Shown one piece after another: positions 34,101 to 49,100 of a DNA stretch of 64,000 bases (its first letter is position 1; the number at the start of each line of letters is the position of its first letter). A model generated the notes under the pieces. It searched no databases. It was not told the DNA's origin and saw only the letters and a list, made by a program, of their open reading frames with translations. Made by a program: the position numbers and the translations under genes. Location: positions 374,852,001 through 374,916,000 of the forward strand of contig OZ024742.1 in the NCBI GenBank assembly GCA_964016885.1, read 5' to 3'. The DNA comes from Eledone cirrhosa. Its lineage: Eukaryota.

Positions 34101-37100
34101 GCATTGTCATTTTCTGGTGACCTTACAGGGTGGTAGGGGCATTGACAGTGTGTGGTGACCCTACAGGGTGTTGGGGGCATTGAGAGTGTCTGGTGACCTT
34201 ACAGGGTGGTAGGGGTCTTGACAGTGTCTGGTGAACTTACAGGGTGGTAGGGGTATTGACAGTGTCTGGTGACCTTACAGGGTGGTAGGGGTATTGACAG
34301 TGTATGGTGACCTTAAAGTGTGGTAGGGGCATTGACAGTGTCTGGTGACCTTACAGGGTGGTAGGTGTATTGACAGTGTATGGTGACCCTACAGGGTGCT
34401 AGGGGCATTGACAGTGTATGGCGACCTTACAGGGTGGTAGGAGTATTGACAGTGTCGGTGACCTTACAGGGTGGTAGGGGTATTGACAGTGTATGGTGAC
34501 TTTACAGGGTGGTAGGGTCATTGACAGTGTATGGTGACCTTACAGGGTGGTAGGGGTATTGAAAGTGTATGGTGACCTTACAGGGTGCTAGGGGTATTGA
34601 CAGTGTATGGTGAACTTACAGGGTGGTAGGGGTATTGACAGTGTCTGGTGACCTTACAGGGTGGTAGGGGTATTGACAGAGTCTGGTGACCTTACAGGGT
34701 GGTAGGGGTATTGAGAGTGTATGGTGACCCTACAGGGTCGTAGGGGTATTGATAGTGTATCGTGACCTTACAGGATGGTAGGGGTATTGACAGTGTATGG
34801 TGACCTTACAGGGTGGTAGGGGCATTGACAGTGTCTGGTGACCTTCCAGTGTGGTAGGGGCATTGACAGTGTCTGGTGACCTTACAGGGTGGTAGGGGTA
34901 TTGACAGTGTCTGGTTACCTTACAGGGTGGTAGGGGCATTGACAGTGTATGGTGACCTTACAGGGTGGTAGGGGCATTGACAGTGTCTAGTGACGCTACA
35001 GGGCGGTAGGGGCATGGAGAGAGTATTGTGACCTTGCAGGGTGGTAGGGATATTGACAGTGTATGGTGACCCTACAGGGTGGTAGGGGCATTGACAGTGT
35101 CTGGTGACCTTACAGTGTGGCAGGGGTATTGACAGTGTCTGGTGACCTTACAGGGTGGTAGGGGCATTGACAGTGTATGGTGACCTTACAGGGTGGTAGA
35201 GGCATTGACAGTGTATGGTGACATTACAGGGTGGTATGGGTATTGACAGTGTCTGGTGACCTTACAGGGTGGTAGGGGTATTGACAGTGTCTGGTGACCT
35301 TACAGGGTGGTAGGGGCACTGACAGTGTTTGGTAACCTTACATGGTGGTAGGGTTATTGACAGTGTATGGCGACCTTACAGGGTGGTAGGGGTATTGACA
35401 GTGTATCGTGACCTTACAGGGTGGTAGGGGTATTGACAGTGTATGGTGACCTTACAGGGTGGTAGGGGAATTGACAGTGTATGGTGACCCTACAGGGTGG
35501 TAGGGGTATTGACAGTGTATGGTGACCCTACAGGGTGGTAGGGGCATTGACAGTGTATGGTGGCCCTACAGGGTGGTAGGGGTATTGACAGTGTCTGGTG
35601 ACCCTATAGGGTGGTAGGGGCATTGACAGTGTCTGGTGACCTTACAGGGTGGTAGGGGTATTGACACTGTCTGGTGACCCTACAGGGTGGGAGTGACATT
35701 GACAGTGTATGGTGACCTTACAGTGTGGTAGGGTTATTGACTGGGTCTGGTGACCTTACAGGGTGGTAGGGGTATTGACAGTGTCTGGTGACCTGACAGG
35801 GTGGTAGGGGAATTGACAGTGTCTAGTGACGCTACAGGGCGGTAGGGGCATTGACAGTGTATTGTGACCTTGCAGGGTGGTAGGGATATTGACAATGTAT
35901 GGTGACCCTACAGGGTGGTAGGGGCATTGACAGTGTAAGGTGACCCTACAGGGTGGTAGGGGAATTGACAGTGTATGGTGACCCTAAAGGGTGGTAGGGG
36001 TATTGACAGAGTCTGGTGACCCTATAGTGTGGTAGGGGTATTGACAGTGTCTGGTGATCTTACAGGGTGGTAGGGGCATTGACAGTGTATGGTGACCCTA
36101 CAGGATGGTAGGGGTATTGATAGTGTCTGGTGACCTTACATAATGGTAGGGGCATTGACAGTGTCTGGTGACCTTACAGGGTGGCAGGTTTATTGACAGT
36201 GTATGGTGACCTTACAGGGTGGTAGGGGTATTGACAGTGTCTGGTGACCTTACAGGGTGGTAGGGGTGTTGACAGTGTCTGGTGACATTACAGGGTGGTA
36301 GGGGCATTGAGAGTGTCTGGTAACCTTACAGGGTGGTAGTGGCATTGACAGTGTCTGGTGACCTTACAGGGTGGTAGGGGTATTGACAGTGTATGGTGAC
36401 CTTACAGGGTGCTAGGGGTGTTGACAGTGTCTGGTGAACTTACAGGGTGGTAGGGGTATTGACAGTGTCTGGTGACCCTACAGGGTAGTAGGGGTATTGA
36501 CAGTGTCTGGTGACCTTGCAGGGTGGTAGGGGTATTGACAGTGTCTGGTGACCCTATAGGGTGGTAGGGGCAATGACAGTGTCTGGTGACCTTACAGGGT
36601 GGTAGGGGTATTGACAGTGTCTGGTGACCCTACAGGGTGGTAGGGACATTGACAGTGTATGGTGACCTTACAGTGTGGTAGGATTATTGACTGGGTCTGG
36701 TGACCTTACAGGGTGTTAGGGGTATTGACAGTGTATGGTGATCCTACAGGGTGGTAGGGGTATTGACAGTGTATGGTGACCCTACAGGGTGGTAGGGGCA
36801 TTGATAGTGTCTGGTGACCTTACAGGATGGTAGGGGTATTGATAGTGTCTGGTGACCTTACAGGATGGTAGGGGTATTGACAGTGTATGGTGACCCTACA
36901 GGGTGGTAGGGGTATTGACAGTGTCTGGTAACCTTACATGGTGGTAGGGTTATTGATAGTGTATGGTGACCTTACAGGGTGGTAGGGGTATTGACAGTGT
37001 ATCGTGACCTTACAGGGTGGTAGGTGTATTGACAGTGTATGGTGACCTTACAGGGTGGTAGGGGCATTGACAGTGTCTGATGACCTTACAGGGTGGTAGG

Positions 37101-40100
37101 GGTATTGACAGTGTCTGGTGACCCTACATGGGCGGTAGGGGCATTGACAGTGTATGGTGAACCTATAGGGTGGTAGGGGCATTGACAGTGTATGGGGACC
37201 TTACAGGGTCGTAGGGGTATTGATAGTGTCTGATGACCTTACAGGGTGGTAGGTGTATTGACAGTGTATGGTGACCCTACAGGGTCCTAGGGGCATTGAC
37301 AGTGTATGGTGAACCTATAGGGTGGTAGGGGCATTGACAGAGTCTGGTGACCTTACAGGGTGGTAGGGGTATTGACAGTGTATGGTGACCCTACAGGGTG
37401 GTCGGGGTATTGACAGTGTATCGTGACCTTACAGGGTGGTAGGGGTATTGACAGTGTATGGTGACCTTACAGGGTGGTAGGGGTATTGACAGAGTCTGGT
37501 GACCTTACAGGGTGGTAGGGGTATTGACAGTGTATGGTGACCCTACAGGGTGGTCGGGGTATTGACAGTGTATCGTGACCTTACAGGGTGGTAGGGGTAT
37601 TGACAGTGTATGGTGACCTTACAGGGTGGTAGGGGCATTGACAGTGTCTGGTGACCTTACAGTGTGGTAGGGGCATTGACAGTGTCTGGTGACCTTACAG
37701 GGTGGTAGGGGTATTGACAGTGTCTGGTGACCTTACAGGGTGGTAGGGGCATTGACAGTGTATGGTGATCTTACAGGGTGGTAGGGGCATTGACAGTGTC
37801 TAGTGACGCTACAGGGCGGTAGGGGCATGGATAGTGTATTGTGACCTTGCAGGGTGGTAGGGATATTGACAGTGTATGGTGACCCTACAGGGTGGTAGGG
37901 GCATTGACAGTGTAAGGTGACCCTACAGGGTGGTAGGGGAATTGACAGTGTATGGTGACCCTACAGGGTGGTAGGGGTATTGACAGTGTATGGTGACCCT
38001 ACAGGGTGGTAGGGGCATTGATAGTGGCTGGTGACCTTACAGGATGGTAGGGGTATTGATAGTGTCTGGTGATCTTACAGGATGGTAGGGGTATTGATAG
38101 TGTCTGCTGACCTTACAGGATGGTAGGGGTATTGACAGTGTATGGTGACCCTACAGGGTGGTAGGGGTATTGACAGTGTCTGGTGACCTTACAGGGTGGT
38201 AGGGGCATTGACAGTGCCTGGTAACCTTACATGGTGGTAGGGTTATTGACAGTGTATGGTGACCTTACAGGGTGGTAGGGGTATTGACAGTGTATCGTGA
38301 CCTTACAGGGTGGTAGGGGTATTGACAGTCTATGGTGACCTTACAGGGTGGTAGGGGCATTGACAGTGTCTGATGACCTTACAGGGTGGTAGGGGTATTG
38401 ACAGTGTCTGGTGACCCTACATGGGCGGTAGGGGCATTGACAGTGTATGGTGACCTTACAGGGTGGTAGGTGTATTGACAGTGTATGGTGGCCCTACAGG
38501 GTGCTAGGGGCATTGACAGTGTATGGTGAACCTATAGGGTGGTAGGGGCATTGACAGTGTATGGGGACCCTACAGGGTGGTAGGGGCATTGACAGTGTAT
38601 GGTGGCCCTACAGGGTGGTAGGGGTATTGACAGTGTCTGGTGACCCTATAGGGTGGTAGGGGCATTGACAGTGTCTGGTGACCTTACAGGGTGGTAGGGG
38701 TATTGACAGTGTCTGGTGACCCTACAGGGTGGTAGGGACATTGACAGTGTATTGTGACCTTGCAGGGTGGTAGGGATATTGACAGTGTTTGGTGACCCTA
38801 CAGGGTGCTAGGGGCATTGACAGTGTAAGGTGACCCTACAGGGTGGTAGGGGAATTGACAGTGTCTCGTGAACTTACAGGGTGGTAGGGGTATTGACAGT
38901 GTATGGTGACCCTACAGGGTCGTTGGGGTATTGACAGTGTATGGTGACCCTACAGGGTGGTAGGGGTATTGACAGTGTATGGTGACCCTACAGGGTGGTA
39001 GGGTTATTGACAGTGTCTGGTGACCCTATCGAGTGTTAAGGGCATTGACAGAGTATGGTGCCCTTACAGGTAGGCAGGGGCATTGACAGTGTCTGGTGAA
39101 CTTACAGGGTGGTAGGGGCATTGACAATGTCTGTTGAACTTACAGGGTTGTAGGGGCATTGACAGTGTCAGGTGACCTTACAGGGTGGTAGGAGTATTGA
39201 CAGTGTATGGTGAGCTTACAAGGTGGTAGAGGCATTGACAGTGTATGGTGAGCTTACAGGGTGGTAGAGGCATTGACAGTGTCTGGTGACCTTACAGGGT
39301 GGTAGGAGCATTGACAGTGTCTGGTGACCTTACAGAGTGGTAGGGGCATTGACATTTTCTGGTGACCTTACAGGGTGGTAGGGGCATTGACAGTGTGTGG
39401 TGACCCTACAGGGTGTTGGGGGCATTGAGAGTGTCTGGTGACCTTACAGGGTGGTAGGGGTCTTGACAGTGTCTGGTGAACTTACAGGGTGGTAGGGGTA
39501 TTGACAGTGTCTGGTGACCTTACAGGGTGGTAGGGGTATTGACAGTGTATGGTGACCTTAAAGTGTGGTAGGGGCATTGACAGTGTCTGGTGACCTTACA
39601 GGGTGGTAGGGGTGTTGACAGTGTCTGATGACCTTACAGGGTGGTAGGGGTATTGACAGTGTCTGGTGACGTTACAGGGTGGTAGGGGTATTGACAGTGT
39701 TTGGTGACGTTACAGGGTGGTAGGTGAATTGACAGTGTATGGTGACCTTACAGGGTGGTTGGGGCATTGACAGTGTCTGATGACCTTACAGGGTGGTAGT
39801 GGTGTTGACAGTGTCTGAATCTTACAGGGTGGTAGGGGTATTGACAGTGTCTGGTGACCTTACAGGGTGGTAGGGGTATTGACAGTGTTTGGTGATCTTA
39901 CAGGGCGGTAGGTGCATTGAGAGTGTCTGTTGACCCTACAGGGTGGTAGGGGTATTGACAGTGTATGGTGACGCTACAGGGTGGTAGGGGTATTGACAGT
40001 GTATGGTGAACTTACAGGGTGGTAGGGGTATTGACAGTGTATGGTGATCCTACAGGGTGGTAGGGGTATTGACAGTGTCTGGTGACCTTACAGGGTGGGA

Positions 40101-43100
40101 GGGGCATTGACAGTGTCTGGTGATCTTACAGGGTGGTAGGGGCATTGACAGTGTATGGTGACGCTACAGGGTGGTAGGGGTGTTGACGATGTCTGGTGAA
40201 CTTACAGGGTGGTAGGGGTGTTGACAGTGTATGGTGACCCTATAGGGTGGTAGGGGTATTGACAGCGTTTGGTGACCCTAAAGGGTGGTAGGGGTATTGA
40301 CAGAGTCTGGTGACCCTATAGTGTGGTAGGGGTTTTGACAGTGTCTGGTGATCTTACAGGGTGGTAGGGGCATTGACAGTGTATTGTGACCCTACAGGAT
40401 GGTAGGGGTATTGATAGTGTCTGGTGACCTTACAGAATGGTAGGGGCATTGACAGTGTCTGGAGACCTTAAAGGGTGGCAGGGTTATTGACAGTGTATGG
40501 TGACCTTACAGGGTGGTAGTGTTATTGACAGTGTATGGTGACCTTACAGGATGGAAGGGGTATTGATAGTGTCTGGTGACCTTACAGGATGGTAGGGGTA
40601 TTGACAGTGTATGGTGACCCTACAGGGTGGTAGGGGTATTGACAGTGTCTGGTGACCTTACAGGGTGGTAGGGGCATTGACAGTGTATGGTGACCTTACA
40701 GGGTGGTAGGGGTATTGACAGTGTATCGTGACCTTACAGGGTGGTAGTGGTATTGACAGTGTATGGTGACCGTACAGGGTGGTAGGGGCATTGACAGTGT
40801 CTGATGACCTTACAGGGTGGTAGGGGTATTGACAGTGTCTGGTGACCCTACATGGGCGGTAGGGGCCTTGACAGTGTATGGTGACCTTACAGGGTGGTAG
40901 TTGTATTGACAGTGTATGGTGACCCTACAGGGTGCTAGGGGCATTGACAGTGTATGGTGACACTATAGGGTGGTAGGGGCATTGACAATGTATGGGGACC
41001 TTACAGGGTGGTAGGAGTATTGACAGTGTCGGTGACCTTACAGGGTGGTAGGGGTATTGACAGTGTATGGTGACCTTACAGGGTGGTAGGGGCATTGACA
41101 GTGTATGGTGACCTTACAGGGTGGTAGGGGTATTGAAAGTGTATGGTGACCTTACAGGGTGCTAGGGGTATTGACAGTGTATGGTGACCTTACAGGGTGG
41201 TAGGGGTATTGACAGTGTCTGGTGACCTTACAGGGTGGTAGGGGTATTGACAGAGTCTGGTGACCTTACAGGGTGGTAGGGGTATTGACAGTGTATGGTG
41301 ACCTTACAGGGTGGTAGGGGTATTGACAGTGTATGGTGACCTTACAGGGTGGTAGGGGTATTGACAGTGTATGGTGACCTTACAGGGTGGTAGGGGCATT
41401 GACAGTGTCTGGTGACCTTACAGTGTGGTAGGGGCATTGACAGTGTCTGGTGACCTTACAGGGTGGCAGGGGTATTGACAGTGTCTGGTGACCTTACAGG
41501 GTGGTAGGGGCATTGACAGTGTCTGGTGATCTTACAGGGTGGTAGGGGCATTGACAGTGTATGGTGACGCTACAGGGTGGTAGTGGTGTTGACGATGTCT
41601 GGTGAACTTACAGGGTGGTAGGGGTGTTGACAGTGTATGGTGACCCTATAGGGTGGTAGGGGTATTGACAGCGTCTGGTGACCCTAAAGGGTGGTAGGGG
41701 TATTGACAGAGTCTGGTCACCCTATAGTGTGGTAGGGGTATTGACAGTGTCTGGTGATCTTACAGGGTGGTAGGGGCATTGACAGTGTATGGTGACCTTA
41801 CAGGATGGTAGGGGTATTGATAGTGTCTGGTGACCTTACAGAATGGTAGGGGCATTGACAGTGTCTGGAGACCTTAAAGGGTGGCAGGGTTATTGACAGT
41901 GTATGGTGACCTTACAGGGTGGTAGGGTTATTGACAGTGTAAGGTGACCTTACAGGATGGAAGGGGTATTGATAGTGTCTGGTGACCTTACAGGATGGTA
42001 GGGGTATTGACAGTGTATGGTGACCTTACAGGGTGGTAGGGGTATTGACAGTGTATGGTGACCTTACAGGGTGGTAGGGGTATTGACAGTGTATCGTGAC
42101 CTTACAGGGTGGTAGTGGTATTGACAGTGTATGGTGACCTTACAGGGTGGTAGGGGCATTGACAGTGTCTGATGACCTTACAGGGTGGTAGGGGTATTGA
42201 CAGTGTCTGGTGACCCTACATGGGCGGTAGGGGCCTTGACAGTGTATGGTGACCTTACAGGGTGGTAGTTGTATTGACAGTGTATGGTGACCCTACAGGG
42301 TGCTAGGGGCATTGACAGTGTATGGTGACACTATAGGGTGGTAGGGGCATTGACAATGTATGGGGACCTTACAGGGTGGTAGGAGTATTGACAGTGTCGG
42401 TGACCTTACAGGGTGGTAGGGGTATTGACAGTGTATGGTGACCTTACAGGGTGGTAGGGGCATTGACAGTGTATGGTGACCTTACAGGGTGGTAGGGGTA
42501 TTGAAAGTGTATGGTGACCTTACAGGGTGCTAGGGGTATTGACAGTGTATGGTGACCTTACAGGGTGGTAGGGGTATTGACAGTGTCTGGTGACCTTACA
42601 GGGTGGTAGGGGTATTGACAGAGTCTGGTGACCTTACAGGGTGGTAGGGGTATTGACAGTGTATGGTGACCTTACAGGGTGGTAGGGGTATTGACAGTGT
42701 ATGGTGACCTTACATGGTGGTAGGGGTATTGACAGTGTATGTTGACCTTACAGGGTGGTAAGGGCATTGACAGTGTCTGGTGACCTTACAGTGTGGTAGG
42801 GGCATTGACAGTGTCTGGTGACCTTACAGGGTGGCAGGGGTATTGACAGTGTCTGGTGATCTTACAGGGTGGTAGGGGCATTGACAGTGTCTGGTGATCT
42901 TACAGGGTGGTAGGGGCATTGACAGTGTATGGTGACGCTACAGGGTGGTAGGGGTGTTGACGATGTCTGGTGAACTTACAGGGTGGTAGGGGTGTTGACA
43001 GTGTATGGTGACCCTATAGAGTGGTAGGGGTATTGACAGCGTCTGGTGACCCTAAAGGGTGGTAGGGGTATTGACAGAGTCTGGTGACCCTATAGTGTGG

Positions 43101-46100
43101 TAGGGGTATTGACAGTGTCTGGTGATCTTACAGGGTGGTAGGGGCATTGACAGTGTATGGTGACCCTACAGGATGGTAGGGGTATTGATAGTGTCTGGTG
43201 ACCTTACAGAATGGTAGGGGCATTGACAGTGTCTGGAGACCTTAAAGGGTGGCAGGGTTATTGACAGTGTATGGTGACCTTACAGGGTGGTAGGGTTATT
43301 GACATGGTATGGTGACCTTACAGGATGGAAGGGGTATTGATAGTGTCTGGTGACCTTACAGGATGGTAGGGGTATTGACAGTGTATGGTGACCCTACAGG
43401 GTGGTAGGGGTATTGACAGTGTCTGGTGACCTTACAGGGTGGTAGGGGTATTGACAGTGTATCGTGACCTTACAGGGTGGTAGTGGTATTGACAGTGTAT
43501 GGTGACCTTACAGGGTGGTAGGGGCATTGACAGTGTCTGATGACCTTACAGGGTGGTAGGGGTATTGACAGTGTCTGGTGACCCTACATGGGCGGTAGGG
43601 GCCTTGACAGTGTATGGTGACCTTACAGGGTGGTAGTTGTATTGACAGTGTATGGTGACCCTACAGGGTGCTAGGGGCATTGACAGTGTATGGTGACACT
43701 ATAGGGTGGTAGGGGCATTGACAATGTATGGGGACCTTACAGGGTGGTAGGAGTATTGACAGTGTCGGTGACCTTACAGGGTGGTAGGGGTATTGACAGT
43801 GTATGGTGACCTTACAGGGTGGTAGGGGCATTGACAGTGTATGGTGACCTTACAGGGTGGTAGGGGTATTGAAAGTGTATGGTGACCTTACAGGGTGCTA
43901 GGGGTATTGACAGTGTATGGTGACCTTACAGGGTGGTAGGGGTATTGACAGTGTCTGGTGACCTTACAGGGTGGTAGGGGTATTGACAGAGTCTGGTGAC
44001 CTTACAGGGTGGTAGGGGTATTGACAGTGTATGGTGACCTTACAGGGTGGTAGGGGTATTGACAGTGTATGGTGACCTTACAGGGTGGTAGGGGTATTGA
44101 CAGTGTATGGTGACCTTACAGGGTGGTAGGGGCATTGACAGTGTCTGGTGAACTTACAGTGTGGTAGGGGCATTGACAGTGTCTGGTGACCTTACAGGGT
44201 GGCAGGGGTATTGACAGTGTCTGGTGACCTTACAGGGTGGTAGGGGCATTGACAGTGTATGGTGACCTTACAGGGTGGTAGGGGCATTGACAGTGTATGG
44301 TGACATTACAGGGTGGTATGGGTATTGACAGTGTCTGGTGACCTTACAGGGTGGTAGGGGTATTGACAGTGTCTGGTGACCTTACAGGGTGGTAGGGGCA
44401 TTGACAGTGTTTGGTAACCTTACATGGTGGTAGGGTTATTGACAGTGTATGGTGACCTTACAGGGTGGTAGGGGTATTGACAGTGTATCGTGACCTTACA
44501 GGGTGGTAGGGGTATTGACAGTGTATGGTGACCTTACAGGGTGGTAGGGGAATTGACAGTGTATGGTGACCCTACAGGGTGGTAGGGGTATTGACAGTGT
44601 ATGGTGACCCTACAGGGTGGTAGGGGCATTGACAGTGTATGGTGGCCCTACAGGGTGGTAGGGGTATTGACAGTGTCTGGTGACCCTATAGGGTGGTAGG
44701 GGCATTGACAGTGTCTGGTGACCTTACAGGGTGGTAGGGGTATTGACAGTGTCTGGTGACCCTACAGGGTGGTAGGGATATTGACAGTGTATGGTGACCT
44801 TACAGTGTGGTAGGGTTATTGACTGGGTCTGGTGACCTTACAGGGTGGTAGGGGTATTGACAGTGTCTGGTGACCTTGCAGGGTGGTAGGGGAATTGACA
44901 GTGTCTAGTGACGCTACAGGGCGGTAGGGGCATTGACAGTGTATTGTGACCTTGCAGGGTGGTAGGGATATTGACAGTGTATGGTGACCCTACAGGGTGG
45001 TATGGGCATTGACAGTGTAAGGTGACCCTACAGGGTGGTAGGGGAATTGACAGTGTATGGTGACCCTAAAGGGTGGTAGGGGTATTGACAGAGTCTGGTG
45101 ACCCTATAGTGTGGAAGGGGTATTGACAGTGTCTGGTGATCTTACAGGGTGGTAGGGGCATTGACAGTGTATGGTGACCCTACAGGATGGTAGGGGTATT
45201 GATAGTGTCTGGTGACCTTACAGAATGGTAGGGGCATTGACAGTGTCTGGTGACCTTACAGGGTGGCAGGGTTATTGACAGTGTATGGTGACCCTACAGG
45301 GTGGTAGGGGTATTGACAGTGTCTGGTGACCTTACAGGGTGGTAGGCGTGTTGACAGTGTCTGGTGACATTACAGGGTGGTAGGGGCATTGAGAGTGTCT
45401 GGTAACCTTACAGGGTGGTAGTGGCATTGACAGTGTCTGGTGACCTTACAGGGTGGTAGGGGTATTGACAGTGTATGGTGATCTTACAGGGTGCTAGGGG
45501 TGTTGACAGTGTCTGGTGACCTTACAGGGTGGTAGGGGTATTGACAGTGTCTGGTGACCCTACAGGGTAGTAGGGGTATTGACAGTGTCTGGTGACCTTG
45601 CAGGGTGGTAGGGGTATTGACAGTGTCTGGTGACCCTATAGGGTGGTAGGGGCAATGACAGTGTCTGGTGACCTTACAGGGTGGTAGGGGTATTGACAGT
45701 GTCTGGTGACCCTACAGGGTGGTAGGGGTATTGACAGTGTATGGTGACCCTACAGGGTGGTAGGGACATTGACAGTGTATGGTGACCTTACAGTGTGGTA
45801 GGGTTATTGACTGGGTCTGGTGACCTTACAGGGTGGTAGGGGTATTGACAGTGTATGGTGATCCTACAGGGTGGTAGGGGTATTGACAGTGTATGGTGAC
45901 CCTACAGGGTGGTAGGGGCATTGATAGTGTCTGGTGACCTTACAGGATGGTAGGGGTATTGATAGTGTCTGGTGACCTTACAGGATGGTAGGGGTATTGA
46001 CAGTGTATGGTGACCCTACAGGGTGGTAGGGGTATTGACAGTGTCTGGTAACCTTACATGGTGGTAGGGATATTGACAGTGTATGGTGACCTTACAGGGT

Positions 46101-49100
46101 GGTAGGGGTATTGACAGTGTATCGTGACCTTACAGGGTGGTAGGTGTATTCACAGTGTATGGTGACCTTACAGGGTGGTAGGGGCATTGACAGTGTCTGA
46201 TGACCTTACAGGGTGGTAGGGGTATTGACAGTGTCTGGTGACCCTACATGGGCGATAGGGGCATTGACAGTGTATGGTGAACCTATAGGGTGGTAGGGGC
46301 ATTGACAGTGTATGGGGAACTTACAGGGTGGTAGGTGTATTGACAGTGTATGGTGACCCTACAGGGTGCTAGGGGCATTGACAGTGTATGGTGAACCTAT
46401 AGGGTGGTAGGGGCATTGACAGTGTATGGGGACCTTACAGGGTGGTAGGAGTATTGACAGTGTCGGTGACCTTACAGGGTGGTAGGGGTATTGACAGTGT
46501 ATGGTGACCTTACAGGGTGGTAGGGGCATTGACAGTGTATGGTGACCTTACAGGGTGGTAGGGGTATTGAAAGTGTATGGTGACCTTACAGGGTGCTAGG
46601 GGTATTGACAGTGTATGTCGACCTTACAGGGTGGTAGGGGTATTGACAGTGTCTGGTGACCTTACAGGGTGGTAGGGGTATTGACAGAGTCTGGTGACCT
46701 TACAGGGTGGTAGGGGTATTGACAGAGTCTGGTGACCCTACAGGGTGGTAGGGGTGTTGACAGTGTCTGGTGACCTTACAGGGTGGTAGGGGTATTGACA
46801 GTGTATGGTGACCCTACAGGGTGGTCGGGGTATTGACAGTGTATCGTGACCTTACAGGGTGGTAGGGGTATTGACAGTGTATGGTGACCTTACAGGGTGG
46901 TAGGGGCATTGACAGTGTCTGGTGACCTTACAGTGTGGTAGGGGCATTGACAGTGTCTGGTGACCTTACAGGGTGGTAGGGGTATTGACAGTGTCTGGTG
47001 ACCTTACAGGGTGGTAGGGGCATTGACAGTGTATGGTGACCTTACAGGGTGGTAGGGGTATTGAAAGTGTATGGTGACCTTACAGGGTGCTAGGGGTATT
47101 GACAGTGTATGGTGACCTTACAGGGTGGTAGGGGTATTGACAGTGTCTGGTGACCTTACAGGGTGGTAGGGGTATTGACAGAGTCTGGTGACCTTACAGG
47201 GTGGTAGGGGTATTGACAGTGTATGGTGACCTTACAGGGTGGTAGGGGTATTGACAGTGTATGGTGACCTTACAGGGTGGTAGGGGTATTGACAGTGTAT
47301 GGTGACCTTACAGGGTGGTAGGGGCATTGACAGTGTCTGGTGAACTTACAGTGTGGTAGGGGCATTGACAGTGTCTGGTGACCTTACAGGGTGGCAGGGG
47401 TATTGACAGTGTCTGGTGACCTTACAGGGTGGTAGGGGCATTGACAGTGTATGGTGACCTTACAGGGTGGTAGGGGCATTGACAGTGTATGGTGACATTA
47501 CAGGGTGGTATGGGTATTGACAGTGTCTGGTGACCTTACAGGGTGGTAGGGGTATTGACAGTGTCTGGTGACCTTACAGGGTGGTAGGGGCATTGACAGT
47601 GTTTGGTAACCTTACATGGTGGTAGGGTTATTGACAGTGTATGGTGACCTTACAGGGTGGTAGGGGTATTGACAGTGTATCGTGACCTTACAGGGTGGTA
47701 GGGGTATTGACAGTGTATGGTGACCTTACAGGGTGGTAGGGGAATTGACAGTGTATGGTGACCCTACAGGGTGGTAGGGGTATTGACAGTGTATGGTGAC
47801 CCTACAGGGTGGTAGGGGCATTGACAGTGTATGGTGGCCCTACAGGGTGGTAGGGGTATTGACAGTGTCTGGTGACCCTATAGGGTGGTAGGGGCATTGA
47901 CAGTGTCTGGTGACCTTACAGGGTGGTAGGGGTATTGACAGTGTCTGGTGACCCTACAGGGTGGTAGGGATATTGACAGTGTATGGTGACCTTACAGTGT
48001 GGTAGGGTTATTGACTGGGTCTGGTGACCTTACAGGGTGGTAGGGGTATTGACAGTGTCTGGTGACCTTGCAGGGTGGTAGGGGAATTGACAGTGTCTAG
48101 TGACGCTACAGGGCGGTAGGGGCATTGACAGTGTATTGTGACCTTGCAGGGTGGTAGGGATATTGACAGTGTATGGTGACCCTACAGGGTGGTATGGGCA
48201 TTGACAGTGTAAGGTGACCCTACAGGGTGGTAGGGGAATTGACAGTGTATGGTGACCCTAAAGGGTGGTAGGGGTATTGACAGAGTCTGGTGACCCTATA
48301 GTGTGGAAGGGGTATTGACAGTGTCTGGTGATCTTACAGGGTGGTAGGGGCATTGACAGTGTATGGTGACCCTACAGGATGGTAGGGGTATTGATAGTGT
48401 CTGGTGACCTTACAGAATGGTAGGGGCATTGACAGTGTCTGGTGACCTTACAGGGTGGCAGGGTTATTGACAGTGTATGGTGACCCTACAGGGTGGTAGG
48501 GGTATTGACAGTGTCTGGTGACCTTACAGGGTGGTAGGCGTGTTGACAGTGTCTGGTGACATTACAGGGTGGTAGGGGCATTGAGAGTGTCTGGTAACCT
48601 TACAGGGTGGTAGTGGCATTGACAGTGTCTGGTGACCTTACAGGGTGGTAGGGGTATTGACAGTGTATGGTGATCTTACAGGGTGCTAGGGGTGTTGACA
48701 GTGTCTGGTGACCTTACAGGGTGGTAGGGGTATTGACAGTGTCTGGTGACCCTACAGGGTAGTAGGGGTATTGACAGTGTCTGGTGACCTTGCAGGGTGG
48801 TAGGGGTATTGACAGTGTCTGGTGACCCTATAGGGTGGTAGGGGCAATGACAGTGTCTGGTGACCTTACAGGGTGGTAGGGGTATTGACAGTGTCTGGTG
48901 ACCCTACAGGGTGGTAGGGGTATTGACAGTGTATGGTGACCCTACAGGGTGGTAGGGACATTGACAGTGTATGGTGACCTTACAGTGTGGTAGGGTTATT
49001 GACTGGGTCTGGTGACCTTACAGGGTGGTAGGGGTATTGACAGTGTATGGTGATCCTACAGGGTGGTAGGGGTATTGACAGTGTATGGTGACCCTACAGG

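Noticed and set aside
12999-34939. Minus-strand ORFs MPLPPCKVTRHCQYPYHPVRSP.. as Cys/His-rich or zinc-finger-like proteins
   Set aside because: They are translations of the 38-bp satellite through all three frames. The consensus has a TAA/TAG every third monomer, and ORFs appear only where point variants or 1-bp deletions remove it.
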